A stretch of DNA of 63,491 nucleotides, counting the filler, from Craspedostauros australis (taxonomy: Eukaryota): assembly GCA_030167865.1 (NCBI GenBank). It is 11 parts of 11 records of this genome, joined end to end, with 100 filler letters (N's around TTAATTAATTAA, not from the genome) between each part and the next. Parts side by side here need not be neighbours in the genome. Positions count along the whole stretch, not along the records: positions 36,250 to 39,896 come from JALAGF010005573.1; positions 39,997 to 43,486 come from JALAGF010005574.1; positions 43,587 to 53,511 come from JALAGF010005575.1; 8 more parts are not named here. One strand, given 5' to 3'. Within the stretch, counting starts at the first letter, position 1, and every line of letters starts with the position of its first letter. Shown here piece by piece: positions 36,250 through 49,411 of the stretch. The position numbers were made by a program, and so were the translations under genes. The notes beneath the pieces were generated by a model, which worked only from the letters and a program-made list of their open reading frames with translations, did no database searches and was not told where the DNA came from.

Positions 36250-39200
36250 GCGAGACCAAAGCGTTGCGGACTGTCACACCCGGCGCGCAGGTCGTCAGCA
36301 TCCCAATGCTGCTATCCTCGATCGTGACTCTCCTGTATTTACTGTTTTCCTTCGTGTGGAAGGTGACGACGGATACGAACGATCGTCGGATGGTGATGAG
36401 GTCGACTCCGGATGGATGGAAGCTGTCACTGAAGATCTTTGATCGCAGATCGATGTCCAATCCATGAGCCATGTGGACCAGGTTCCAAATGATCGAATTG
36501 GTGGTCAGTCCGTCGAGTATCATGCATGCTCGGTCGAAGTGATAGTCGCATGCCCAGTCTGCGAATTCACTCCAGATACCGGTCCTCGCTTGGCCCGGTC
36601 TCTTCTTGCCGATCATCACCCACTTGAGTATGATGCTGGTTATCACCAGCAGGACTGATGACAGACCGATGGATACAACCCAATATTGCAGTTTGGAGTA
36701 TCTCCAGTCTCGGAGGTCATCGCGGACCAAGATATCAGAGATCAGGAAGCAGCAGAAGGTCATGTACAGCTCGACGAGCAGCCATGCCATCTTCATGCCA
36801 CCCAGGATGATCCATCTGCCATCGTTGTCGTTTGGTGTTACGCTTCCGGCAATGTCTGCAGCTGTGCTCGCATCTGCTTGTTGCAGATCGTCGTTGTTGT
36901 TGTTGTCGCTGTCTTTGTCATTGTCACCATCGTCGCTGTCGTCAATGATACTGCTGTTGCGGCTATGTGACGCTGCCGCGCTTTCGACATATCCAGGATT
37001 GCCTCGGACGACGGTGTTGGGCGGTGCTTGGGCACCCTCCACCAGCACAGAGACGTGCTGCACGTAGCAGTTGGAACCGACCTTGACGCCTGGACTGAGA
37101 ATGCCCTTGATCGTCGCATTCGATCCCACCTGGATCTTGCGAAACCGCAAGCTGGGACCTTCTTCATCTTTCCATGGTCCGAACATTCGGCAACGGATCG
37201 GCTTGCTGACCAAGGCATTGGCATCAATCTTCGCCAGATCGAACTCCCGAATGAAGGAATCGATGTTGCATGAACGATGGACATGCGCTCCCATGAGGTA
37301 GCAGAATGCTGTCATCAATGGTGTGCCCACGATGAAGCGTCCGACGAAATTTTCCCACATATCCACGAGTCGGTCCACGAACCACCATCGAAGATAGTAG
37401 GAGTACGCGAGGTTCGTGTATCCCTCTTGGTACCTGCCGATGACGGTCCACTTGGCCAGGATGACCTCCAGCGTGAGCGTGATCATCCAGAATGGGATGA
37501 CCAGCGGGTAGCACATCCAGATGAAAGCTGACGAATCGATGAAGAAGACAACGCGGGTGCGATTGTCGTTGGCCAGGACTTTGCCGATTTCATAGGCTGG
37601 GATGATGGACAAAGCGAACATGAAGAGGATGATGAGCACGCCGATGGCCTGGATGGTGGTGGATGTTGTTTGGGGGAACTGTTTCTCGTTGCGCATGCTG
37701 GTGAGTCTCTTGAGCATTGGGAGACGCGTTGGGAGTGGTTCTCCGTGCGATGTCTCGAGGAAGGTTTCGAGATCCATGAGCGTTGAGAATATCTCAAAGC
37801 AATTCGGAGGGAGGGTGGTGCTGTACCGTTCTGACAGTGATTTCCGGAGCTCCAGTTCCGCCATGGATGACAGCCCAACGTCCTCCCACGTTTCATCTCC
37901 CTTGACTTCCGATCCCGTTGCGTTCGTGATGATCTCATTGAACGTCTTACTTTGGAGGTCCTCGTCTTGGTCTACGTTCCTCGCCGACATGGTTTCGGTT
38001 GGCGATGACTTGGCATTGCCATTCTGTGCAACTTGGGCGGCTGGATTTGGGTTTGCGCTGAAGTTCAAGATCATTTTCTCGTCCCCGTCATGCAAACGTT
38101 GTCGGTTGCGGCGTCTCTGGATCTTGCCGCTTGTTGTTTTGGATATGGTGCGTTCTTCCACAGCTGCGATTGTGACAGGTGTCAATCCGATGTGCTCCAT
38201 CACGGCCTTTCTGATCTCCTGACAGACTGTTGCAGCATCGTCTGCACGATTGGCTCGGATCTCAAAGACGATCTCGAGCTGTCCATCGTTGCCTGATTCA
38301 TCTGATGAGAATGCTGCGACACAGCCTGGACGGACGGCAGATGATGCCTCTTCAACGGCGTGCTCGATATCTTGCGGATAGTAGTTGACACCATTGACGA
38401 TGATGATGTCCTTCTTGCGTCCGCAGATGTAGAGATAGTCATCTTGGTAGAATCCGTAGTCTCCCGTTCGCAAGTACACTTTGCGATCGGTATTGGTGTC
38501 GGATGATGAATCGCCTTTGAGTGTAGCTTGGAAGATTTCGGCGGTGAGCTGTGGCCGATTGTAGTATCCGGCTGTCACAGAGGCCCCGGCGATCCAGATC
38601 TCTCCTGTGACGCTGTCTGGACATTGTACTCGGGTATCCGGGTCCACGATGATGATATCGATGGAGCTGTGCAGATTGCTGCGCTGTGCGATGGCGATGA
38701 ATGACTGCAGATCTTCACCTTCGCGGATAGTGGAAAGATGAGAGTTATGATTGCAGCTGACACCAACGACGTTCTCCGCCAGTCCATACGCTGCGAGGAA
38801 CCAGTCCTTGCGCAAGCCATACGGACAGAATGCATCGGCGAACCCTTTCTCCGTGTCCAGCCGGATTGGCTCTGCGGCATTCTGGAAATGAAGTACGCTG
38901 GAGAGGTCCAGCTTGTGCGTAAGATTTGTCTTGGCCTCGTTGAACTTGCGGGTGACCAACCGATAGGCGAAGTCAGGAGCGGCGCTGATGTGGCACTTGT
39001 GTTGTGACATGAGGTCAATCCAGAGCACCGGGTTGCGGATGAATGCGACGGGGGATATCATGTGGGAACGAAAGGCGCCTGCCAATGGAGCAATGCCCAT
39101 CTCGATGAGGCCCATGTCATGGTACTGCGGCAACCAAGAGCATATGGCGATGCGCTTTGGGATGTTGCTCGTATCACCCAGCTGGTCTTGAAATGAAGCG

Positions 39201-39896
39201 AACCAGTAGCTCTGTCCGAGCTCGATGTTGGCCTGCAGTGCTTTGTGGGTGACCATGACGCCCTTGGGATTGCCGGTGCTCCCGGATGTGTACTGGAGGA
39301 ACGCCAGATCCGACCCCTCAATGTTTGGTTCATCGAAGGACGGTGGCGGCGACGAGAAGCGGCCAGAGATGAGGTTGGAAAGGAGGCCTTTCTGTGTCTG
39401 CTTGGAGTTGTTGTTGCTCTTGCTGTTACTGTTGCTTTTGTTGTTGTTGCTCTTGTTGGCGATGAACGGATCGTGACGGATGATGCGATCGGTAACTTGG
39501 TACTTGACACCGCTCGGCCACATGGCGCGGCTCTTGGATGCTGGGTTGGCGCGATCGGCGGCTCGAAGGAGATTGATGGATGTTTGGGTGAGGATGAGTG
39601 CTGGAGCGCAATCCTCGACCACCTTGTTCATCTTGGTGAGCGATTTGACGAGCGGAGGTCCCGGAGGGTAGACCAGCACGGCAGTCACGCCTGCACGGAG
39701 ACATCCCAAGAAGACAGCGAAGAAGTGCAGACCAAAGTCGTAGCAGAGGACGACGCGATCACCTTTGTTGGTGCCCCATTTATTGCGAAGGAGGTGGGCG
39801 CAGTGCCCCGCTTCATCCCAAAGCTGCTGGAAGGTGTAGTTGTTCACTGCCTTTCCCTTGTCGTTGTACCAGGTGGAGAAGACGGTGTCGGACTTG
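36250..39896 (-). CDS. Fatty acyl-AMP ligase + phosphopantetheine carrier + transmembrane/Pls-like terminal domains (partial at both ends)
   Basis: FLQYTSGSTGNPKG, SWLPQYHDMGLI, YGLAEN, GEIW, LRTGD, GRKKD and KTTSGKIQR motifs; carrier DVGLSSM; TM pairs followed by KW..IGR/K...G and YYLRWW; hexapeptide-like segments; one uninterrupted frame. Confidence 0.9.
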
Positions 39897-39996
39897 NNNN
39901 NNNNNNNNNNNNNNNNNNNNNNNNNNNNNNNNNNNNNNNNTTAATTAATTAANNNNNNNNNNNNNNNNNNNNNNNNNNNNNNNNNNNNNNNNNNNN

Positions 39997-42900
39997 GTCC
40001 AGCGCATTGGAAATGTATTTGTCGCATCCGACGCTCCATTTTCCTTTTGCGTTCCTGGAATAATCGTTGCCGAGATAGTATTTCGGCGGTCCGATGTCTT
40101 TGACTGTGTAGACTTGTTGGATCGCCTTCATGTACTGATCTGGGTCTTTGGCGACTATCTTGAAGTCGTCGACGTGGGTGCAGATGTAATCGTAGCCAGA
40201 GTCGTCTCTGCGCTGGATCCATACATCTTGATCATGCCGGGATGGCGTGAATCCCATTGATGAGAGAGTGTTAGCGAAGTGTGCATGGAATCGTTGAGCG
40301 CTCGACCGAAGACCGTACAGTGCTTTCTTGAGCACGATGACTTGTCCTTCTTTGTCGCCGAATGCCTTTCCTGCTGTCGCGTAGATCTTCTCATTGGTGT
40401 ACGCATTGACGAATGCGTTGCCGACGTCGCCGCATAGCTGTTGCAGGTTGTTTGCATCTGCTATTGCATCAAGGATGCGGACGCTTGTCGATTTGACGGT
40501 TGAAGAGTAGACTCGGATGTTGTCCGCCAGCTCGATGAGATGCCCGCCTGCTACCAAGCGCCCCTTACGTCGCAGANNNNNNNNNNNNNNNNNNNNNNNN
40601 NNNNNNNNNNNNNNNNNNNNNNNNNNCGCCAGCTCGATGAGATGCCCGCCTGCTACCAAGCGCCCCTTACGTCGCAGATCTTGCTTGACCGCGAATATGA
40701 GTCGGAGTTTTGTGCTCTGGTAGTCTGCTGGTGGTTGGTATGTCGATGGGTGGAATGTGAAACAGTCGAGTTCGATCAATGCGTCGATCTCTTTCTTCGC
40801 TGCATCTCTCCATTGGTGATCCCCATTGGCTTCATCCAGTTGCAATGCATGTTTCATGTTGCGTGGGACCTCGACACCGTATTGGTATACAGTGGCGAAG
40901 TAGTCTCGTTTCGGCTTCTTCTTGCCTGGACGGATTCGTCTGATGATGATGATGTTGTCGTCGTCATCCATTGCGAATGCTCGAGTCCGCTCGATTCTGC
41001 GGATTCTGCGCCTGATGGCTCGCAGTGCATGCTTTGCCCACTTGAGTAGGACTTGTGATTGTCGATTGTGTCGACCGTTGCGTCGTGGTTCGTTGTCGAT
41101 GATGTATCGTGCTACCATTTCGGGATGGTCTGCTCGAATCACGTCGTATCGGAACCACTGCGTTTCAGCGTTGGACCATTGCACATTGAAGTGTAGATGT
41201 CCGTCTCTGAATGCGTGGCTGAGGATGGAGTTGATTGCCAAGTCGTCAGATTTCTCGTTTTCGACCTGATTTCGGAACAGCTCGTCATGCTCTCTCTCNA
41301 TGAGAGAGGACTCACGCCCCTGAGAGCGGTGCTCCGGAGGATCTGGCATCGCCGTGACGTCGGAGTCATCGGTCTCCTCAGAGATGTTACCCGTGGATGC
41401 GTCGCCGTCGTCATCTGAGATGACGCCGTGTGCATTATGTTCCGGCATGTCGCCGTCGTTGGGAATTATGTTGGGCTGACCGAACCATCGGTCTGCCGTG
41501 CCTGCTGGCGTGTTGTTCTCGGATACGCCCCTGACCTCCTGCGTCTCCGGCTCCGGTGGACCCGCCATCGCCCCTGACTGCACAGCAATCGCGTCGATGG
41601 CCTCGCGGACCTGTCGAGCGAGTTCCGCCGGCAATGTCTTGGTTCTGGCGCGTTCGCCGGATTCGCCGCGCGTAGTGGTGTGGATGATATCGAGTCGAGC
41701 GATGCGGTTGATTTCCGCATCCGTGATGCGTGGAGGAATGGCGTCTTCGACGACACGCGGCTTGACGATGTTGCGCACAAGCGCGGTGCCCTTCGTGACG
41801 TCATCGCCTCGTGGAGACCATATGGTGTAGGTAAATGGATCGCCGTGATTCCATGCGATGCCAAGGAAGTACCCTGGCTTGAATGGATGGTTGGGGAATT
41901 TGGTCATGGGCTCGAAGAACCATACGGGTTGGAAGAACGTGAAGCGAAACATCGAGATGTCGGGAGTGTTGCCGCGAAGAATCTCGATCGGTGTACGCCA
42001 TTGGAGGCTTGCTTTCGCCGTGTAGTTCCATGTGTCGATCGCGTGTTGCACAGCGTAGCACCAGAAAGAGAGTGGCGCCGAGGCCGCCCATAGAAGCTGG
42101 TATGCATGCCGCTTGACATTGCCGATCGCCCGTTCTGCGTGGTTCTGGTTCTGATTCATGGGCACAGTGAACTGGTGCTTGATCAGATAGCGGGATGTGA
42201 CCGCTTTCCATGCCTTGCCCGATTGCACCTGCGAATTGTCTGAAACGAGTAGATCCGGAGCGCCGACGCGGATGATGAAATCCGTGAGCGCCCCTGGCGC
42301 CATGGCCTCACGGCTCAGTGGCTTCGCCCAGATGAATTTCGATTGGTTGTGCGAGAATAGCTGGAAACACTTGTAGTGCCTGATGGACTGGACGGTAGAG
42401 AAGAACGTGTCCGTGTCAACTCTGCCGTCGATTCTGGTGGGTTGCAGCACTCCTGCTCGCTGCGCTCGATACTGCCGCGGGATAAGCCTTGACTCTGCCT
42501 CGATCGGAGTATCCGCCAGCTGAGTGGATGCCGCCATGGTTTTCTCCACCACGTGTGGTGGAAGGTGCCGGAAGATTCGCGTGAAATCGACCCGACCTGT
42601 GTTGCGTCGTAGACGCTGATGTCTGTCGCATATGATGATATGCCGTGCCGTCGCCATCTCGTGGGCTGTTGGCTTTCTGATGGGAATGCGGAGCGTGTTG
42701 CCTTCATGGTTCTCCAGTGGTATGCTGATTTCGTCCGATGAGACCCGCTGCTGTCCCTGATGTTCAATTAGGCGATCGTAGACGTTCAGTCCGGACGCGC
42801 GCATATGATGTGTGTTAAACAGTGATTCCGTCTGCTGTGGATGCTTGTCGAGAGCCACGTANNNNNNNNNNNNNNNNNNNNNNNNNNNNNNNNNNNNNNN

Positions 42901-43260
42901 NNNNNNNNNNNNNGCGTCGACCATCTGGAATGTCTCGATTGGTGAGTTGATCGTCGCCCCTCGGGCACGAAACTCTTGTTGGTGTGTGTGGGTCACCTCC
43001 CATCCCGACGCATGAACGATGTCTCCGTCCGCCCCTGAGTCTAGGATGATAAAGCCTTGGCTATTGGTCGTTACTCTCGCCCTTCGGATGCAATGCTCCA
43101 CTGTCGGGTGGGTTGTACACGGACGGGACTCTTGTGGTGCCACCGGACGTGCACGTCCGGGCATTCCCGCTGCGGTCGTCACGCTCGCCCCCCTACAGTC
43201 GCGGGGTTTGAGGTGGATGACAATCTCCGACTGACGGCGAGTTGTGCCCGTCTTTGATTG
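39997..43260 (-). CDS. pol: Ty1/copia pol (PR, IN, chromodomain-like, RT N-terminal part), truncated by the scaffold end
   Basis: IILDSGADG, DTFFS/VSDNS/QNHAER, RKGRLVAGGH, DVGNAFV, KALYGL and HVDD motifs. Confidence 0.92.
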
Positions 43261-43486
43261 TCAAGAACCGGCGTTCCATGGTCCTTGGGTGCCGGGTCGT
43301 CCGGTCTTGTGATCGCCCGTGCGAGGCCGCTTGGGCCCTCGCTGGGTCAGTGGCAACTCGAGGTTGCGCGCGTAGTCTGCTGGCTTGTTGCGCTTGAGGG
43401 TATCCTCATCAATGGGTTTCCCGGTGGTGCGGAAGTGACGAGACGCTTCGACGAGGAGCACTTGAGTGCTCACCGGCATGCGACGG
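43261..43486 (-). CDS. gag: Probable gag C-terminus ending in TGA, in frame with pol
   Basis: Open from the scaffold edge to TGA at 43263-43261; 26 sense codons then lead into ORF 39949-43182. Confidence 0.6.
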
Positions 43487-43585
43487 NNNNNNNNNNNNNN
43501 NNNNNNNNNNNNNNNNNNNNNNNNNNNNNNTTAATTAATTAANNNNNNNNNNNNNNNNNNNNNNNNNNNNNNNNNNNNNNNNNNN

Positions 43586-46500
43586 NGAGCCACCAGGACA
43601 ACTTCAAGTTCAAGGCGAAGGCAAAGGGCAAGAACGTTCCCAAACAGGACAACCTCTCCATTGACATGGCCGCTTGGACATGCTTCACAGCCACCTCCAG
43701 TCAAGACGAAGACACCTGGTGGTCCCTCATTTGGAACCTCTTCACCTCTTTCAACTACTCCGGTAGCATCATCGGATTGGTTCTCCTCTTCGCTTCACTC
43801 CAAGTCATCACCATCGGAGTAGAGTATGGGTGGTACATCGCGGCAGCTAATGCCTGGATGCTAATCGCCGTAACTCTACTCCTCCTCCACACGAACGTTC
43901 CACGAAGACCCGACTTAATCAACTCTANTGATTTAGCCTATAACAAGGCACGAGTCAAGGAACGGTTCAAGCAAGTGCACAAACGTCCCACACACTTCAA
44001 TGGAGCTGTGAAACGCAGTCTCTACGACCTTGTGATGGAAAGTCTCGACCCAGATGAACCCAAACCCGTAAACGTGTCGAAAGGAAAATCCCCACGAACA
44101 AAACGTGTGTGGCGCCCCCAGGCCCGGACTAAAACTCGCAATCACAGATCAAAACGTCGTTACTGGAACCAGTCGAAAACTTCCACTTATGGTAAAAACC
44201 AGCCATTCACGACTGCAAAATTGCCCCGCCAGGAAGGTCGCACCTCATCCATCTCACGAAACCTTTGGAGCCTATACCCAACTCGTGNNNNNNNNNNNNN
44301 NNNNNNNNNNNNNNNNNNNNNNNNNNNNNNNNNNNNNTGACAATGACATGCCCGCACTACTCACTCTGCAAGGTCTAGCATCTTACTTCACCAATCGCAA
44401 CGCTTTCGCATCTCCAGCTAAGGCTGAGAGTTATCTCTCGCCCGATGCTCCATTCGAACTTGTATGGGACAGCGGAGCGTCAATCTCTGTGACAAATGAC
44501 ATCAACGATTTCTGTTCTACTCCAAGTCCTCCACCAAGACCGACCTTTCTCAACGGGTTCCTCAAGAAAATCCAAGTGAATGCGTTGGGGACCGTCGAAT
44601 GGCATGTCCTTGATGTAACTGGAAGCCCTCGCAAATTGCGACTGCCTGCTTTCCATGTTCCCGAATCAAAGGTCAAGCTAATCAGCACTTCCAGTCTCCT
44701 CGAAGAGTATCAGGGCGAAACAATAGTGTTCGACAAGTCCTCCTGCAAACTCAGCGGAATCCTGGGAAGCGACGATCGCAATGCAATTGTAGCAAACTAC
44801 AAGAAATCCACAAGGTTGCCAACATCCGTCGGCTACAGCGTCGACAACATTCATGATGTGCCAGCTGCACTAACGTCCATCGTCTCTACCGTATCGGATC
44901 ACAACGTGAACCTCACCCAACCGCAAAAGGAACTTCTTCGGTGGCACTATCGTCTCGGACACTTATCCTTCAGTCGAGTGAAGTTCCTGCTGCGTTCGGG
45001 TGCACTCACTGGGTCAGAATCGTCTAGAAAGATGCACACAGCTGCGGCAAAGGTCACGAGCCTTCCGCTTTGCGCCGCATGTCAATTCGGAAAGCTGCAC
45101 CGTCGCCCTTCACCAGGCATAACCCAACATGTCATTCGTGACAGACAAGGAGTTTTGCGCACCGACCACTTGTTCCCAGGACAACAAGTATCAGTGGACC
45201 ACTTCGTCGGTCGAACACCAGGACGCCTCTTCTCAGGACGAGGCAAAGGTGATCCAAACGAAATGTACAAAGGCGGAGCCATCTTCGTCGATCACGCCTC
45301 CGGATACATTCATGTGGAACCAGTAGCAGCGCTAACCACACACGCTACCCTCGAGGCCAAGGAACGGTTCGAACTAATGTGTCGAGATGTGGGAGTCCCC
45401 GTGCGATCTTACCTATCAGACAACGCAACTACCTTCACCTCACCCGAATACTCCAAGCACCTTGAGATATTCCATCAAGTCCATCGATTCGCAGGCGTCG
45501 GCGCTNNNNNNNNNNNNNNNNNNNNNNNNNNNNNNNNNNNNNNNNNNNNNNNNNNNNNNNNNNNNNNNNNNNNNNNNNNNNNNNNNNNNNNNNNNNNNNN
45601 NNNNNNNNNNNNNNNNNNNNNNNNNNNNNNNNNNNNNNNNNNNNNNNNNNNNNNNNNNNNNNNNNNNNNNNNNNNNNNNNNNNNNNNNNNNNNNNNNNNN
45701 NNNNNNNNNNNNNNNNNNNNNNNNNNNNNNNNNNNNNNNNNNNNNNNNNNNNNNNNNNNNNNNNNNNNNNNNNNNNNNNNNNNNNNNNNNNNNNNNNNNN
45801 NNNNNNNNNNNNNNNNNNNNCCTTAACAAAGCACTGGCCGACGGGCGCAAGATACCCCGATGGGAACCAAGAGGAGAGAGATACGTGAACATGGGTCTCT
45901 CCACTAAGCATGCTTCAACCGTACCCCTGGTCCTATCACCACGGACAGGTTCAATCACACCACAGTTCCATGTTGTGTTCGACGACTGGTTCGCAACAAT
46001 TGCTACCGACTTGAAGCAACTTCCAAGCTATCAATCGGAAGAATGGACTNNNNNNNNNNNNNNNNNNNNNNNNNNNNNNNNNNNNNNNNNNNNNNNNNNN
46101 NNNNNNNNNNNNNNNNNNNNNNNNNNNNNNNNNNNNNNNNNNNNNNNNNNNNNNNNNNNNNNNNNNNNNNNNNNNNNNNNNNNNNNNNNNNNNNNNNNNN
46201 NNNNNNNNNNNNNNNNNNNNNNNNNNNNNCCACAGGTATTGGCGAAAGAGTCGCAACCAACGACACAACAGATCCCGGATCTCATGAGTGAAACTCTCGC
46301 CCCTCCGATGCCAGCTTCAGAGGGAGCCAACAAGCAAATGTCGTCGACAGAGGGAGCTCCCGATGAGTTCCCGGTACCTGATCCTACTATAGAGTCACCG
46401 GACCAGCGAACACTTCAACCGCAATTTGACTCACCTCTCCGAGAGTCACCAATCTCGGGACCGGCAACTCCATTACCACCTTCAGATCCGACACCAACTG

Positions 46501-49331
46501 AGACCAGTTCCACGACACCAATCATGCCCAAGCTTGAACCAACGCCAGTAAGACTTCGAAGCACGAGAAATCGCAAACAACCAAAGCGATTCACGTATGC
46601 ACGCATGGGAGGCAAAGCCGCATGGTTAGACGACGAAGGTACCGATGACTACTACTTCTGTCCCGCGGTGGCTAACATGGAAGAAAATGAACAGGAAGCA
46701 ACAACCAGGGAACTACACCCTGATTCTGCATCAATCATCACATTCTCACAAGCTGTCGTCGATTGCCTACATACAATCGAACCTCTCCAACGCAAAGGCA
46801 GCGACTCCCTCTCCATCGACCTACACCAATTCAAGGTGGACGCTCACTACTTGTTGCGCAGACTTCGAGGTCGATTCAATACGTTGAATCCACAACCAAC
46901 CAACATCGTCCTTCCAACGTTCACCCCAAAGCCGGCTAAAGAAGAAGCAAGCATCAACATGGCCGATTGGTGGCAGCCGGATCCAGACGACATGGTCGAA
47001 GAAGGACCAACGCCATTCCAGGACGTCTACGAGGACTTCTACTCGGACATGGAGAGACATTTCGAAGTCGATCTTCACTGCGAGATTCGTTGTGACGACC
47101 TCAGGAGACAAGCGACTGACTACGCCGTCGGCCAATTCGTCAACAGACTGAGCACTTTCATTCGAACCGGCATCATGAACCCCAGCTTCGATGCCTTTGA
47201 CTACATGTCATCGGCCAAACCAGAGCCATGGTCGTATCAGGATCCGGAATANTTGATGATGAAGGGTTTTCTTCCTCCCGAATCCAGAATCAGTGGAAAC
47301 ACATTCTTCAAAAGAACTCGCTCCGTGTGGAACGCCATCTCTGAGAACCATCGCTATCGTCTCGCATTCGAACTACTCCGTCGCCAAGTCACGACGATTC
47401 GTCCAGGGCCATGGCCACAGCCAAGTGAATTCGAAGTTGAGAAATTTATCCAAGGAATGATCGATACCAACACGGCACCTCTTAAGGTGGCCCCAGCAAC
47501 GCGAGCGTCCGATCAAAGCGGATCAACACTTGAAGTCGACCCATCATCCATCCTCGACACAGCAACATGTATCCCAGAGCACACATGGGCGAACATCGAA
47601 CAACATGCTTACGCTGTCTCCATCATCGAGCCACAACGAGACTCAACGAACTTCCCAACATATGTTGATGGACACATGATGAGCTACTTCGCAACAGGTG
47701 GCGATTTGGACATCGCCGAACGCTCATCCACGTACAAAGCATCCAGCAATGACCCTGATACCCTTTCTTTTGACGAAGCGATTCGCGACGACAACAAGGA
47801 TGAGTGGATGCAAGCAGCCGGAAAAGAAATCAAGGCACTTACCGAGAAGGGAACATGGGAAGAGATTCAAAAGGCCGACGTCGTCAACGATCGAATCTTC
47901 CCAGGGACCTGGGTCTTCCGTCGCAAGCGCTTGCCAGATGGTACTATCAAGAAGTACAAGGGTCGCTGGTGTTGCCGCGGAGACCTCATGAATGAGGATG
48001 CATCCACCTACGCGCCAGTCGTGGCCTGGTCATCCGTTCGCATCTTCCTGAGCACATCCATCGTGATGGGTTGGACAACTACATCCATCGACTTCACAAA
48101 TGCCTTCGTGCAGGCCTCCATCCACAAGCCTGTGCATCTTCACCTTCCTCGCGGCTTCAAGTCAAGCAAGGGGCCCAACACCTGTCTCCGACTTCGCAAA
48201 AGTCTCTACGGATTGACGATCGCTCCGCGCCTGTGGTACGAGCACCTCATCCGAGCTCTAATCACAGTCGGCTTCACAGCTTGCGATCAAGAGCAATGCT
48301 TGTTCATCAAGCGCAACATCATGATTGTTCTCTACGTTGACGATGCAGGAATCGCCTCCAAGACTAAGAAGGATGCTGATGACTTCATTGCATCAATGCG
48401 TGAACTCGGGTTCGAGCTTACCCAGGAAGGCAGCTTCACCGAATTCCTGGGGATTGAGCTCTGCCGTGACCCGAAGGCGGATACTGTCCATCTTCGACAA
48501 CCAGGATTGATCAAAAAGGTCCTTGAGACAACGAAGATGTCGAACTGCAATCCATGTCCGGTACCTACCACCCAACTCGCACTCGGACAGTGCAAGGATG
48601 AACCAGCCATGAACGAGAAATGGAACTACCGCTCTGTCGTCGGCATGCTGCTCTACCTCACAACAAACACTCGTCCCGATCTCGCCTTCGCAGTCTCCCA
48701 AGTCGCTCGCTTCGGACACAATCCCCGCCGCTCACACGCCAAAGCTGTCAAGCGCATCATGCGCTATCTCAAGCACACCGAAACCATGGGCACCATTGTT
48801 CGCCCTACAGGGCAACTCGACCTCAAGTGCTACGTGGACGCTGACTTCGCAGGCCTCTACCAACGTGAGGACAGCAAAGACCCGGTGTCGGTCAAGTCGC
48901 GCACGGGATATCTAATCACATTGGGTGGATGCCCTCTCATTTGGAAGTCGAAGCTCCAAACTGAGATCGCGTTATCCACAATGGAGTCCGAGTACGCCGC
49001 TCTCTCCCTGGCAATGCGAACATTGATTCCCATCCAACAACTCATTCGCCAAGTGATCAACAACGCCGGCACCGACATGCCGCTGCACACCAACCTCCAG
49101 TGCACTGTCTTCGAGGACAACCAAGCCTGCATTTCCCTCGCCACCAATCATCAGCCGACCGCGCGCACCAAACACTTCCTAACCAAGTGGCATTTCTTTT
49201 GGTACTGGGTCAAGGCAGGATTCATTTGCATTCAACACATCTCCACGCCGGAACAGCTCGCAGACATCTTCACGAAGGGACTGTCCATCGTGGTCTTCGA
49301 ATACTTACGGTTCAAAATCATGGGCTGGTAA
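43586..49331 (+). CDS. pol: Ty1/copia gag end, hydrophobic spacer and pol (PR-IN-RT-RH), gapped
   Basis: LVWDSGAS, WHYRLGH..CAAC, VSVDH, SDN, LYVDD, YVDADFAG and ADIFTKGL motifs; frames across the gaps are uncertain. Confidence 0.93.
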
Positions 49332-49411
49332 CAACCAACAAACAACAATGAAGGATGAAGTTTTCATCGATACCACAACTCCAATCACGACCCAACACTG
49401 AGAGGGAGAGT

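Noticed and set aside
36206..39996. FAAL-Pls-like gene captured by the flanking copia elements
   Set aside because: It is separated from them by artificial linkers on both sides.
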